The notes: generated by a model not told the origin, from the sequence alone. Positions 36,377 to 46,147 are shown, counted from the first letter of the stretch. The stretch is DNA of 46,360 nucleotides from Candidatus Thorarchaeota archaeon (GCA_048882485.1 JBHLRP010000026.1:1-46360), one strand, 5' to 3'. A program made the numbers and translations.

Positions 36377-37387
36377 TTAGGAATGTTCGACTTTATCCAC
36401 AACTTCCTTTGGTAACGGAATAGTAAATGTACACTCCATATCTCCTTTCAGAACTGACTTGACCATCTTCACTTCCAGTGGTTGGTCGAGTGCAACCTCC
36501 CATGGCTGTTTAGTAAACCCACCACTGCAATAACAGAAGGAAGAAGGGACATCTAGCTCATTATCTATGATTGCTTCTCTTGCCCATGCACAATGACATG
36601 CATAATACCTCTTCTTTCTCTCATCGGTTTCAGCAAGATACTCCTTGGTAAGGTACGGAATCTTAGTATGGACAATCTTATCACCATCACGCATTCCACT
36701 CAACATATCCGGTCGGCTCTTGACGAATTCGACCACCTCGTCAGTAACCTCTTGATTATAGAACAGTGTACCCTCGTCCCGGTGTTTTTCCAATTCTGCG
36801 ATGGCATCCTCTCTCTTCTTGACAATATATTCGTCAATGTCCTTGGCTGCCAAGAACTTCTCCCGTTCCTGCTTGTACCATTCTTTTGGGATTCCATGTG
36901 CAGTGCCAACAAGCGCTTTCTTGCAATCCTCAGGGTCGACTAGCTCCTTCATTCGATCTAGAACAGTCTTAGTGATCTTTGGCTTCTCAGTAGATGGCAT
37001 ACCGAGTGGTGCATCTATTCCCTCAAAGACCTCATCTCTCTTGGCTTCGCCTACTGCCTCTCCCAATCGTGCACGAAGCACATCCATGACCTCCGCCCCA
37101 TCAAGCAGTTCAAGGACTGCTAGGTAGAGGTCCAAGTTCTTCACAAAGTATCCATATCTGGACAATGCAACGTAGCTATCGTATGTGTTCAGTTTCTCAT
37201 CAATCAATATTCTAGAGAAATCGTTGACCTCAGAGGAGGTAGCGGTTTCCAGACTTTTCTCTGACTTCCTGATGAACTCCTCAAACCTCTCGACCATATC
37301 AATTGCCGGTCCAATCTTCTCCTCAGGGATTGGCTGTTCTCGGTCTGTTAGATATTTACGATACCCCTCTTTATCCAACTGGGTCAA
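36377..37387 (-). CDS. Hypothetical protein with C-terminal Cys-rich V4R/DUF6144-like domain
   Basis: YYACHCAWAR, FCYCSGGF, SVLKGDMECTF. Confidence 0.65.
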   Translation of the reverse strand: MTQLDKEGYRKYLTDREQPIPEEKIGPAIDMVERFEEFIRKSEKSLETATSSEVNDFSRILIDEKLNTYDSYVALSRYGYFVKNLDLYLAVLELLDGAEVMDVLRARLGEAVGEAKRDEVFEGIDAPLGMPSTEKPKITKTVLDRMKELVDPEDCKKALVGTAHGIPKEWYKQEREKFLAAKDIDEYIVKKREDAIAELEKHRDEGTLFYNQEVTDEVVEFVKSRPDMLSGMRDGDKIVHTKIPYLTKEYLAETDERKKRYYACHCAWAREAIIDNELDVPSSFCYCSGGFTKQPWEVALDQPLEVKMVKSVLKGDMECTFTIPLPKEVVDKVEHS

Positions 37388-37556
37388 CCTCCACTGTCGA
37401 AGCCCTTCATCATCCGGCTCTTTATGAAGAAGCCGACCAGCGCAATCTATTCAGAACCGAGTTCTACGTGATTTTGGCGCCGTTTGTGAGTATTACGAAG
37501 TTAATACAGGTGCTTTTGTACCCTAGTCCGGAACGAAATATCGGTGGATTGTCAAG

Positions 37557-37844
37557 ATGGACAAGTTAGAGGCCAAGATAAAACACGGTCTAGAAGACAA
37601 GGGGATTCCATGCCAGTCAGTTTACAGGATTCCGGATCCTGATGACCCTAGAGTCCTGATAGCCTTCAGTTCAAACGGGAATCATAGACTGACCACAATG
37701 AAAATAGAACGGGTCTTGAACTCGTTAGGGATTGGGGAGTTTCAAGTCCCTAGGGACTTTCAACGTCTGAGTGCCGCCTTTCTGCACCTAGAGGTTGCTA
37801 TGGGCGCAAGGACTGAGAAACCAACCACAGTCCGTGCAATGTGA
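37557..37844 (+). CDS. Hypothetical protein (95 aa)
   Basis: Clean ORF with GGTGG upstream; same strand as the downstream SDR. Confidence 0.6.
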   Translation: MDKLEAKIKHGLEDKGIPCQSVYRIPDPDDPRVLIAFSSNGNHRLTTMKIERVLNSLGIGEFQVPRDFQRLSAAFLHLEVAMGARTEKPTTVRAM

Positions 37845-37886
37845 TACGCCACGTTTCTTATCTGTAGATGCAGCTTATCCAGAAGT

Positions 37887-38642
37887 ATGGATCTTCAATT
37901 GAAAGATAAGACAATCCTAGTCACGGCTGCCTCTCGCGGTCTTGGCTTTGGTGCCGCAAATGCATTGGCACAGGAGGAAGCCAATGTAATCATCTGTGGC
38001 CGAAACGAGGCATCTCTGAAAGAGGCTGTTTCAAAGCTGGGCGACAGAGCTCAGTATGTCGTTGCAGATGTATCAAAGAAGGAAGACGTGAAGTCACTTC
38101 TTGAATATGTGAAGGAACGCAGCTCCACACTTGATGGATTGTTTGTCAATGCAGGCGGCCCACCACCTGGGACGTTTTCAAAAGTGTCTGACGAGGACTG
38201 GAAGAAAGGGTTTGACCTGACTCTGATGAGTGCAATATGGCTCACAAGGGAGTCACTACCACTCCTGAAGAAGGCTGAATCACCTGCGATACTCTACAGC
38301 ACATCAATTTCTGTGAAACAACCGATTGACAATTTACTTCTCTCAAATGCGATTCGTCCTGCAGTGATTGGAATGATGCGTACGCTGGCAGGTGAGATTG
38401 GTTCAGAAGGGGTTCGGGTCAATGCCATTCTTCCTGGATACATCTATACTGACAGAGTCGAGCAGCTCATGGCCAGTAACAAGGAAGCGATGAGTAGTCT
38501 AGAAGCACGAATTCCACTTGGAAGAATGGGCACTCCTGCCGAGTTTGGTGCAGTGTGCGCATTTCTTCTCAGCCCTCTTGCAAGCTATGTTCATGGAGCT
38601 CTTCTTCTAGTGGATGGCGGCCTCTATCAAGGGACAATGTGA
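37887..38642 (+). CDS. Short-chain dehydrogenase/reductase
   Basis: TAASRGLG, NAGGP, RVNAILPG, IPLGRMG, VDGG. Confidence 0.92.
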   Translation: MDLQLKDKTILVTAASRGLGFGAANALAQEEANVIICGRNEASLKEAVSKLGDRAQYVVADVSKKEDVKSLLEYVKERSSTLDGLFVNAGGPPPGTFSKVSDEDWKKGFDLTLMSAIWLTRESLPLLKKAESPAILYSTSISVKQPIDNLLLSNAIRPAVIGMMRTLAGEIGSEGVRVNAILPGYIYTDRVEQLMASNKEAMSSLEARIPLGRMGTPAEFGAVCAFLLSPLASYVHGALLLVDGGLYQGTM

Positions 38643-38648
38643 TACAAT

Positions 38649-39617
38649 TCATAGTCTGAGATCTGACGGGTCTATCTCGCCCAGACGAATCAGGGCTTTC
38701 TTGGCATAGTCTTGGACCTGTTCATCTACATCACTTATGAGTGTACGGAGGTTGGTGGCAGCAGGAGGATAGGGGGATACGCCCATCGCCCATGCAGCAA
38801 CGCGTCTGACATCTACATCATTTGACAGCAGAAGTTCAGCAATCGCCCTCAATATTATCTCGGAGCGCCTCTCAACGACCAGTCGGACAAATCGGACTTG
38901 TTCCTTTGGGGCACTCCTAGAGATAGCATCAGCTAATCCTTGGAGTGCTCTGGAGTCGTCCATATCACGAAGCGCTCTAATCGACCAATCACGGACCCCC
39001 TCGTCGTCATCTTCAAGGGCAGCCAACAAGCAACAGACTGACTCTGGTGCGTTCATGCTGCTCAGTGCCCATGCTCCAGAACGTCGAATCTCAATCTCAG
39101 GGTCTCCAAGGAGTGCACACAGGGCACCAACACTCTCATCGTCAAGGACCTTTGTGAGAGCATAGACCGCTTCCTTTCGAACTCGAATGTCATCTGAGGA
39201 GTTTCTTGCCAGCTTTCTGAGCACCTTTCCATAACTCTCAGGATCACTACTTCCTAAGATATGGACTGCCCATTTCCTGACCTCAAACTCTTCCTCTCTG
39301 TTCTCAAGTATCTCCAGGGCCTGCGAATTCAGTGACTCAACCCTCGTTCTGTACGCAGCCTGTAGTCCACGAACTCTTACTTTTGAATCCGCATCATTGA
39401 TGGCCCTCTCAAGAATTGGTATGGAGTATTTGTGCGGCAAGAAATCCACAACATCAAGGAATCGTTGTTTAAGGTTCAAAGCATCCTTTTGCTTATTGTT
39501 ACCAAACACTTCCGAGATAGCCTCTGTGAACTCCTCTGGATGTGTATTGATATAGTCTGCAACCTCTCGCAGGCGATTTGCCGCTCGAGGTTGTGAAAGG
39601 AGTTCAAGAATGGACAT
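38649..39617 (-). CDS. HEAT/PBS-lyase repeat protein
   Basis: Repeated L.D.D..VR..A..AL units. Confidence 0.88.
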   Translation of the reverse strand: MSILELLSQPRAANRLREVADYINTHPEEFTEAISEVFGNNKQKDALNLKQRFLDVVDFLPHKYSIPILERAINDADSKVRVRGLQAAYRTRVESLNSQALEILENREEEFEVRKWAVHILGSSDPESYGKVLRKLARNSSDDIRVRKEAVYALTKVLDDESVGALCALLGDPEIEIRRSGAWALSSMNAPESVCCLLAALEDDDEGVRDWSIRALRDMDDSRALQGLADAISRSAPKEQVRFVRLVVERRSEIILRAIAELLLSNDVDVRRVAAWAMGVSPYPPAATNLRTLISDVDEQVQDYAKKALIRLGEIDPSDLRL

Positions 39618-39668
39618 GATGAGTCACCGACCACCAATTCTGCTTGTTACGTTTTCGCATGGCGCACT

Positions 39669-40673
39669 TCAGTAGATTTTGAAGGCATCTACATTGGGCT
39701 TTCTCCAAAACTCCTTACCTGGGTCGTACTTCATGACATTGTAGTATGCCGCCATCTGTAGTGCAATTGAGTTTGCTATGACTTGCCCAAGCGGACTGGC
39801 AAGTCCGAGACTTTCAGGTGTATGGAGATGGAATGCTTTCATCTTTAGGGTATCAGTAAGGGCTTGGAAGTACCTTTCATCCTTCATGCCAATTGGACTA
39901 TCAGTCACCAAGAAGGCAGTGTCACCAGGATTCATAGTCAATACGTAATGGTGTTGGAAATCTTCCCAAAGAGCAGCATTACTCTGGATGACACCATACT
40001 CGTTGAACTTCATCATACCTATCAGAGCTGCAACATAGTTAGGTCCATGCGATATCATATACAATGGCTTGCCCGAGATTCCGACCTTCGAGCTTTCTTT
40101 TCCGACAGTTTCTGCCCATTCCAGTAGCTGCTTTCCGTTATCTTTCAACCTCTGCAGATCATTATACATTGGGCTTTTGGATGATTTTTGATGTTTTACT
40201 GCTAGCTTCAGGAGATATGCCATTGCAGTTGTTGTGACAGACGAAGGACTGATGTTATGAGTTCTCACACCGGAATGAGTCACCCAGAGATAGTCTGCAA
40301 GTGCCGATGCATTCCCACTCTCATTGTCAGTAAGCACAATAATCGTTGCGTTTGCAGACTTGGCTGTTTCCAGAGCTTCAATTGTGGCAAGACTTCTTCC
40401 TGAAGCCGTCACTCCAATAACAACATCGTTTTCTTTCAATTGAATCTTAGACATCTCTGTTGGTGAAAGTGATATCGCATTAAGCCCGACCCTTAGGAAC
40501 GCCCATTTTCCATATTCTCCAGCTGCATATGAGTCACCACACCCAGTTAGAACGATTAATCGTCTATCCTCGAGAATATCTGCACCTTTGTCATCTACCG
40601 AAGCAATTGTTTCGGATATTGAGGCCTCTTGCTTTTTGATAGCCTCATAGCATGCATCTAGGAATTCCGTCAT
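39669..40673 (-). CDS. SIS-domain sugar isomerase/deglycase-like protein
   Basis: LTGCGDSY and GVTASGRS.ATIEAL; two SIS halves. Confidence 0.85.
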   Translation of the reverse strand: MTEFLDACYEAIKKQEASISETIASVDDKGADILEDRRLIVLTGCGDSYAAGEYGKWAFLRVGLNAISLSPTEMSKIQLKENDVVIGVTASGRSLATIEALETAKSANATIIVLTDNESGNASALADYLWVTHSGVRTHNISPSSVTTTAMAYLLKLAVKHQKSSKSPMYNDLQRLKDNGKQLLEWAETVGKESSKVGISGKPLYMISHGPNYVAALIGMMKFNEYGVIQSNAALWEDFQHHYVLTMNPGDTAFLVTDSPIGMKDERYFQALTDTLKMKAFHLHTPESLGLASPLGQVIANSIALQMAAYYNVMKYDPGKEFWRKPNVDAFKIY

Positions 40674-40689
40674 TCTTGTTCAACCCCTC

Positions 40690-41190
40690 TCATAGCATAT
40701 CAACAACTGGTGGCGTATGCCCCATCTTTCTAATCAGTCCAACAATGAGACCGCGGTGATGAACTTCATGTGTCGCCAGATGGACAAGTGCTTTCTTGAC
40801 TGTGAAACTCACGGTTGCATCGGGCCATCTGACCCGTTTCACATGATGTAATTGGTCCTCGTCAAGTGCGATCATATATTCTCTAGTTTCTTTTTCAGTA
40901 TCCATCCAAGCTTTAGCTATGCTTTGTGAATCCGGGAAGTCATTTGGATCCAGCCAATCCATCTCTTCATCCTTGAGCACCGATATCCAATACTTCTCAG
41001 TATTGACAAGATGGATCAGGATGTCTCTGATTGAACCCCAACCTACTCCATGGTTTTTCGTAAAGTTCTCACTGGAGAGCTGTTTGACTGAGTCAAGAAT
41101 AGGCTCTCTGACTGTAAAGTTGTGTTCAAAGAGCATCTCGATGCAGGACATCATGGTTTCTTGACGGTTGGACTCCCTTATCTCAGTCAC
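40690..41190 (-). CDS. DinB/YfiT family protein
   Basis: SIRDILIHL...E.YW and H...HEVHHRG. Confidence 0.88.
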   Translation of the reverse strand: MTEIRESNRQETMMSCIEMLFEHNFTVREPILDSVKQLSSENFTKNHGVGWGSIRDILIHLVNTEKYWISVLKDEEMDWLDPNDFPDSQSIAKAWMDTEKETREYMIALDEDQLHHVKRVRWPDATVSFTVKKALVHLATHEVHHRGLIVGLIRKMGHTPPVVDML

Positions 41191-41221
41191 GATATGTGAC
41201 TAGACTGAATGGTTTGGTCAT

Positions 41222-42115
41222 CTAGGACGCTGTATGCTTGAGAATTGCTTGAAGTATCTGTGGAACCACTTCGGTTGGAAAACTATGCCCCATCCCTTCG
41301 ATAATAAGCAAATCCGCATTTGGTATACTCTTAGCTGTGTCTTTCCCACCTTCAACCGGAACCAACGGATCAGCATCTCCATGAATGACAAGGGTTGGAA
41401 TCTTCACTTTCCCTAATTCTTCATTTCGACTTCCTGATGCCAGAACAGCGGCCAACTGTCTCGTGAATCCCTGAGGGTTATAGCACCTGTCATAGGAGAT
41501 CTCCGAGTAGTTGCGGACATAATCCTCATCTAGCGGATAATGAGGTCCGTGTAGTATCTTTGCACCCATCAGAGAGTTCTTGATGTATTCATCTCGATTG
41601 GATGCAGGGGGAGCAAGTAAAGCTGCCATCGCATCGTCTGTCGGCTGCGGGAGCTTTGGATTGCCCGTTGAAGACATGATTGACGTCAGAGTTCGTACTC
41701 TGTCGGGGTAATGAATAGCCATTGTCTGGGCAATCATGCCTCCCATTGAAACACCCACAACATCGGCTTCCTTAATTCCCAGTGTGTCAAGCAGACCTAC
41801 TGCATCACCTGCCATATCTATCAGTTTGTAGGGAATATCGATTGTCTGTCCTCCAATAAGCGCCATGACATTAGGAACGCCAGCATCATCAAACTTCGAT
41901 GACAACCCCACATCACGATTATCAAATCGAATCACCCAACGTCCTTGGGATGCAAGTGCCTTGCAAAAGACTTCGTCCCATCGAATCATCTGTGCACCCA
42001 GTCCCATGACCAGTAGCATAGGCGGATCTGAGGGATCCCCAAAGGTGTCATAGGCAATCTCAATATCGCCCACCTTGACTGTTTCTTCTTCACTATATGC
42101 AATTTCTTTCAACAA
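41222..42115 (-). CDS. Alpha/beta hydrolase
   Basis: FDNRDVGLS, GVSMGG nucleophile elbow, HGDADPLV, GMGH. Confidence 0.92.
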   Translation of the reverse strand: MLKEIAYSEEETVKVGDIEIAYDTFGDPSDPPMLLVMGLGAQMIRWDEVFCKALASQGRWVIRFDNRDVGLSSKFDDAGVPNVMALIGGQTIDIPYKLIDMAGDAVGLLDTLGIKEADVVGVSMGGMIAQTMAIHYPDRVRTLTSIMSSTGNPKLPQPTDDAMAALLAPPASNRDEYIKNSLMGAKILHGPHYPLDEDYVRNYSEISYDRCYNPQGFTRQLAAVLASGSRNEELGKVKIPTLVIHGDADPLVPVEGGKDTAKSIPNADLLIIEGMGHSFPTEVVPQILQAILKHTAS

Positions 42116-42220
42116 TCATCTCCTCCAAATAGTACTGAATTTCTTGTTACTCTCTGTCCTATCTGTCTTTCTTTTCTGACTCATAGTTAGAGTGAAGCGG
42201 AGTTTGAGGTTCAAAAGAAG

Positions 42221-42248
42221 TGGTGCCCCTGCCGGGACTTGAACCCGG
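42221..42248 (-). repeat. Copy of the tRNA-Asp 3' end (26/28), distal att-like repeat
   Basis: tggtgcccctgccgggacttgaacccgg versus 44503..44530. Confidence 0.8.
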
Positions 42249-42343
42249 CCCGCATGAGTGAATTTTCCTTGCGCTATTTAGCACTTTTATTAATTCAGAG
42301 TCTAGCATTTCCAATCATCAGATAATTGGTAACGTGGTTTTGA

Positions 42344-43201
42344 ATGAATTTCATTAGAACAGGAGAGTATAGACCAGATGCACTTGGGCGCTTAGTCGAG
42401 ATTAATTCTCTTGAAGAAACACAGAAGCGATTGAAACGTATGAACTACCTACTAGGATTTGTCAAAGAACGGAATCCAGAAGTCTTTCCGGAATATGTGA
42501 GAAATCTTCTAGCCAAATATCAGGAAATTTCGAGGGACAATCAGACTGTTTCAAACCCATTTGACTTAGAAGTACTAGTATCCAGTAATCCGAATCTGAG
42601 AGAACATTTTGAGCTCGCAAAGGCTGTTCTAAACTACTATCTCAGGATACTCCAAATACCAGAAGATGCGACCTTAGAGAAAAGCAACGTCGTGAACAAG
42701 AACTTCCTACAATCTTTCCTGCACCCAGCCTACTACAATCTCCTGGTTCTGACCGAAACTCTCGGCAGAGAGAATGCAATTGCATTGTATAAGAAATTCG
42801 TCACACACTACATAATGGACAGAAGAGACCCCGAAAGAAGTACATATGACAATCTCGAAACTGTGTTCAAGGAAGCAATAAAGACTAGAGAAGAACCATC
42901 AGATTGGGTTTTAGTCCGAGGTATGATTGGTGATGGAAAATACGCCTATCGGAATGACAACTGCCTATGGGTTGATGCCATGGAAGATTTTCCGGACCCC
43001 GAGCTAAAATACTATGTCTGCTGTTACGGGGACTATGAGTCATCCAAGGTCTATCATGACAGCATTATCTTGACAATGGAGCATACCATTGCCCGAGGTG
43101 ATCCATACTGCTCTCGGGTCCTCCACGATACACGAGTTGACTGGGACTTGAAACACCCGCCAAAGGACTTCTGGGACAGCATGAAGCCTGAGAACGAATA
43201 G
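42344..43201 (+). CDS. Hypothetical protein with C-terminal ATC-hydrolase/V4R-like Cys motif domain
   Basis: NCLW...VCCYGDY...LTMEHTIARGDPYC pattern. Confidence 0.65.
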   Translation: MNFIRTGEYRPDALGRLVEINSLEETQKRLKRMNYLLGFVKERNPEVFPEYVRNLLAKYQEISRDNQTVSNPFDLEVLVSSNPNLREHFELAKAVLNYYLRILQIPEDATLEKSNVVNKNFLQSFLHPAYYNLLVLTETLGRENAIALYKKFVTHYIMDRRDPERSTYDNLETVFKEAIKTREEPSDWVLVRGMIGDGKYAYRNDNCLWVDAMEDFPDPELKYYVCCYGDYESSKVYHDSIILTMEHTIARGDPYCSRVLHDTRVDWDLKHPPKDFWDSMKPENE

Positions 43202-43207
43202 ATGAAG

Positions 43208-43256
43208 TGGCGTTCCCGCCGGGACTTGAATCCGGGTCGGACTACAAGTGATTCGA
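43208..43256 (-). repeat. Copy of the tRNA-Asp 3' end (28/31) joined to a D-arm/upstream remnant
   Basis: 43208..43238 matches 44503..44533; next come ggactaca (=44623..44630) and gattcga (=44643..44649). Confidence 0.8.
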
Positions 43257-43552
43257 GCATCTGTACCATGAGATACTGAAGATACTCTCACGACAGAGTC
43301 AGCTCTCAACCTTGGAAAAGACCAAATCGTAGACTACTGATACTACCAATGACCTCGCCATTGAATGGCAATAGGATGGACAGGTAAGCTGAAGCCCTTC
43401 TCCCTTTCCGTATTCAAGAATGAAATCTTGCCTTTGAAGACTAAAATGACTCCAGGTTTTTAGTACTCATTGTATTTTGGCCGTTTATATTGCAACTTGT
43501 GCCAATGGTTATATCACTAGCAGGTGAAGAAATACACGGGGGAATCAATATC

Positions 43553-44386
43553 ATGCAATTTGATCCCTATCTCATGTATTTTCAGTTTGGCCTGCCATTG
43601 CTGATTATTGGTATTCTTCTCACTGCTCTGAGAGTTGTTGCAGTGAAAAGATATCATGCTGAACGTTTGACCGCAGGCGAAACCACTGCTCTCGGCAAGT
43701 TGGGAAAGAACCTTGCAAATACACCCTTTCCTTCATTCAACATCTTCATGGCTGTCACGCTGTCACTAGGCATTGTCTATGTGCTGCTGTCCATCTTTCG
43801 ACAGCTTGGATTCGAGGACATGGTGCTACCGTTGGGAGTCACAGCTCTGGGACTGACAATAGTGATGAGTCTATTCTATACGGTCACTGTCAGAGGTCGA
43901 GCAACATGGTGGTTCGGAAAGATAATCAGAGACCATCAGCACTACAACCATCAAGAATGGGTTATTCAGAAACGCTTGGTAGAACTGATGACAGAGAAGG
44001 AGGGGTCTGATAATTTCCGGGCCGAGGTCGCTCGGCAGGTGTTTGAGAAACTGATGGTTCAAGAGGACATAACGGGGGATGCAGTCCGTAAGATCATGGC
44101 TAGTCCTGAGGGACCAATTGATAGATTTGAAGACAAGACCATTCCCAATCCACTCTGGGATTTCAAGTATTCGCTCTTATTGATGGCTTTCTGCTATGCT
44201 GCTATTCTTTTCATCTCATGGTGCTTTGGAGTTGGAATCATCTCAGACCTCGCCATCTACAGCGACGTAATCATGATCCTCATCGGGCTCACCTTACTGT
44301 CAGTTTGTGGTGTATTCATTGAGGGGCACATTGCTTCTAGGAAACGGCTTCGACTTCGGATTGAAATGGCTTCATCTGAAGATTGA
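43553..44386 (+). CDS. Five-TM membrane protein of unknown function
   Basis: Hydrophobic segments; probable ATG at 43553; sole cargo between tRNA-Asp and its first repeat. Confidence 0.7.
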   Translation: MQFDPYLMYFQFGLPLLIIGILLTALRVVAVKRYHAERLTAGETTALGKLGKNLANTPFPSFNIFMAVTLSLGIVYVLLSIFRQLGFEDMVLPLGVTALGLTIVMSLFYTVTVRGRATWWFGKIIRDHQHYNHQEWVIQKRLVELMTEKEGSDNFRAEVARQVFEKLMVQEDITGDAVRKIMASPEGPIDRFEDKTIPNPLWDFKYSLLLMAFCYAAILFISWCFGVGIISDLAIYSDVIMILIGLTLLSVCGVFIEGHIASRKRLRLRIEMASSED

Positions 44387-44502
44387 ATCACTGCATCTTC
44401 TTCAAACGCTCTATTTCTCAGTTGCCTGAGAAATAAAAAGGGGAAGTCATGGTAATTAGGCACAACTTGTCAATGATGATTCTCCTGATTCATAGAAGAA
44501 GG

Positions 44503-44640
44503 TGGCGCCCCCGCCGGGACTTGAACCCGGGTCTTTCTCTATCTCGCCCACGAATGAGAGAGATTCAAGAGGTCCGTTCCATCGGTCAACCCGACTGGAT
44601 TGACAGTCTTGAATGCTAGACCGGACTACACTACAGGGGC
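44503..44640 (-). tRNA. tRNA-Asp(GTC) with two introns: 37/38 (44572..44600, 29 nt) and variable loop ~44/45 (44534..44564, 31 nt)
   Basis: Acceptor GCCCCTG/CGGGGGC with G73-CCA. After removal: CAAGA-CTGTCAC-TCTTG and AGAC variable loop. First intron forms a strict BHB (CTGT/ACGG, TCCA/TGGA). Confidence 0.92.
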
Positions 44641-44763
44641 GCGATTCGACTGCACCACTTTCGGTTTTCTATTAAACTCATCGGTCGTGAACACCCGATT
44701 ATATCTGCAGTATGTCACCTGTCCATCAGTAGATGCAATTCTTCGAAAGAACAAGCATGAATG

Positions 44764-45207
44764 CTAAATAGAATCAATCTCTTTGATCTTGTTTCTGACA
44801 ATATCAGGAAGAGTCGTTCTCTTTGAAGACTTGTAATCATACACTACCATTTTAGATTCTCCAAGCGCAGCAATCCCCTTTGATTTGCTCTCGACAATAT
44901 ACTCCATAATGAATTGGGTTGGTTCAACAGAGGTTACACGAGTACCTACAGTTACTGTATCAGGATAAAACAGGGGTTTAATGAATTTAGCAGAGGTGCT
45001 AGCCAAAATTGGACCTATAGAATCCTTCTCCATGGTTTCAATGAACCCAATTTTCTCAAAATACTTGATACGTGCAGTTTCAAAGTATCTGAAGACTCTA
45101 GTGTTGTTCACATGTTTGAAAGAGTCCATATCTCCCCAAGCAACGGGAATCTCAACTTTAATGTTAAAATCATCTAATGACTTCATGTACAGCACTTCTG
45201 ATTTCAC
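44764..45207 (-). CDS. Acyl-CoA thioesterase (4HBT/YbgC hotdog fold)
   Basis: VAWGDMDSFKHVNN..FRYFETAR and KPLFYPD. Confidence 0.9.
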   Translation of the reverse strand: MKSEVLYMKSLDDFNIKVEIPVAWGDMDSFKHVNNTRVFRYFETARIKYFEKIGFIETMEKDSIGPILASTSAKFIKPLFYPDTVTVGTRVTSVEPTQFIMEYIVESKSKGIAALGESKMVVYDYKSSKRTTLPDIVRNKIKEIDSI

Positions 45208-45210
45208 TGT

Positions 45211-45240
45211 TTCAAGAGTGGCGTTCTTGAATGCTAGACC
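45211..45240 (-). repeat. Intron-less fragment resembling the tRNA-Asp D/anticodon arm
   Basis: GGTCTAGCATTCAAGA-acgccac-TCTTGAA versus spliced GGTCTAGCATTCAAGA-ctgtcac-TCTTGA. Confidence 0.7.
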
Positions 45241-45358
45241 TTGCTAATATTGCGTTAAACGTTGTTATATTATAACGGATTATTGATGATGAAATCTTGA
45301 GTATCTATCTTATCATCGATGGATGAAGGGTGTAGCTGGTTAGACGAGGCCATTTGAA

Positions 45359-46147
45359 ATGACAATGAAATCTTCAAAGAAAAAAGGTGCTGTCGTACTA
45401 ATTGTGGCTCTTTTTGCTATCGGATCTCTGACCCTTGTGTTCACATATCCAACAGGGATGGAAGGAGTCCGCGTAGCAGTCTATAATGATAGAGGTGCTC
45501 TGTCATCTAGTTCCACAGCATTGCTGAACATGTTTCGTTGGATGCATACAGAAGCCAACTATGTGAATTCAACTGAGATTCAACAGGGTGTGCTTGATGG
45601 ATATGACATTATTGTCTTTCCCGGTGGCTCGCCCTTTGATTATTATAACTACCTTGGAACCATAGGTAGGAATGCAGTCATAGACTTCATTGCAGGAGGA
45701 GGATCCTACTTCGGCATTTGTGGAGGTTCGGTATTCGGGACTACCAACTATCTTGGCCTCTTCAACGGTCATGCAAGCGGTGCTGTGAATGGTTCGGAAA
45801 CAAAGGTAATCCCAATGATTGTAAACACAAATTCGACAGGTCCAGACCTTTCTAATGAGCCTTCAACGTATGAAATTCTATACTGGAACTCCGGCTATTT
45901 TTACTCAAGTAATGCAACATATATGTCAACAGTGATTCCAATCATTCTCTATACACAAAACAATGAACCTGCTATGATTGCATTTAAGTTTGGAAACGGC
46001 ACTGTATTCCTCTCACATCCACACCCCGAATATGAGGAGAATGGTGTGCTTGATGGGGTTGACCAGTTTGACTATAACAACGATCCTGACTCTGAGTGGA
46101 ATCTTCTCTTGAAGGTATCATTATGGCTTGTACAAGCTTCAGAATAG
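45359..46147 (+). CDS. Membrane-anchored BPL_N / class I glutamine amidotransferase-like protein
   Basis: N-terminal TM; VAVYNDRG, IVFPGG, GGSYFGICGG, HPHPE. Confidence 0.8.
   Translation: MTMKSSKKKGAVVLIVALFAIGSLTLVFTYPTGMEGVRVAVYNDRGALSSSSTALLNMFRWMHTEANYVNSTEIQQGVLDGYDIIVFPGGSPFDYYNYLGTIGRNAVIDFIAGGGSYFGICGGSVFGTTNYLGLFNGHASGAVNGSETKVIPMIVNTNSTGPDLSNEPSTYEILYWNSGYFYSSNATYMSTVIPIILYTQNNEPAMIAFKFGNGTVFLSHPHPEYEENGVLDGVDQFDYNNDPDSEWNLLLKVSLWLVQASE

Noticed and set aside
37297-37315. atcaattgccggtccaatc resembling the tRNA-Tyr repeat
   Set aside because: Short, inside a coding region, and lacks the acceptor-stem part; probably chance.
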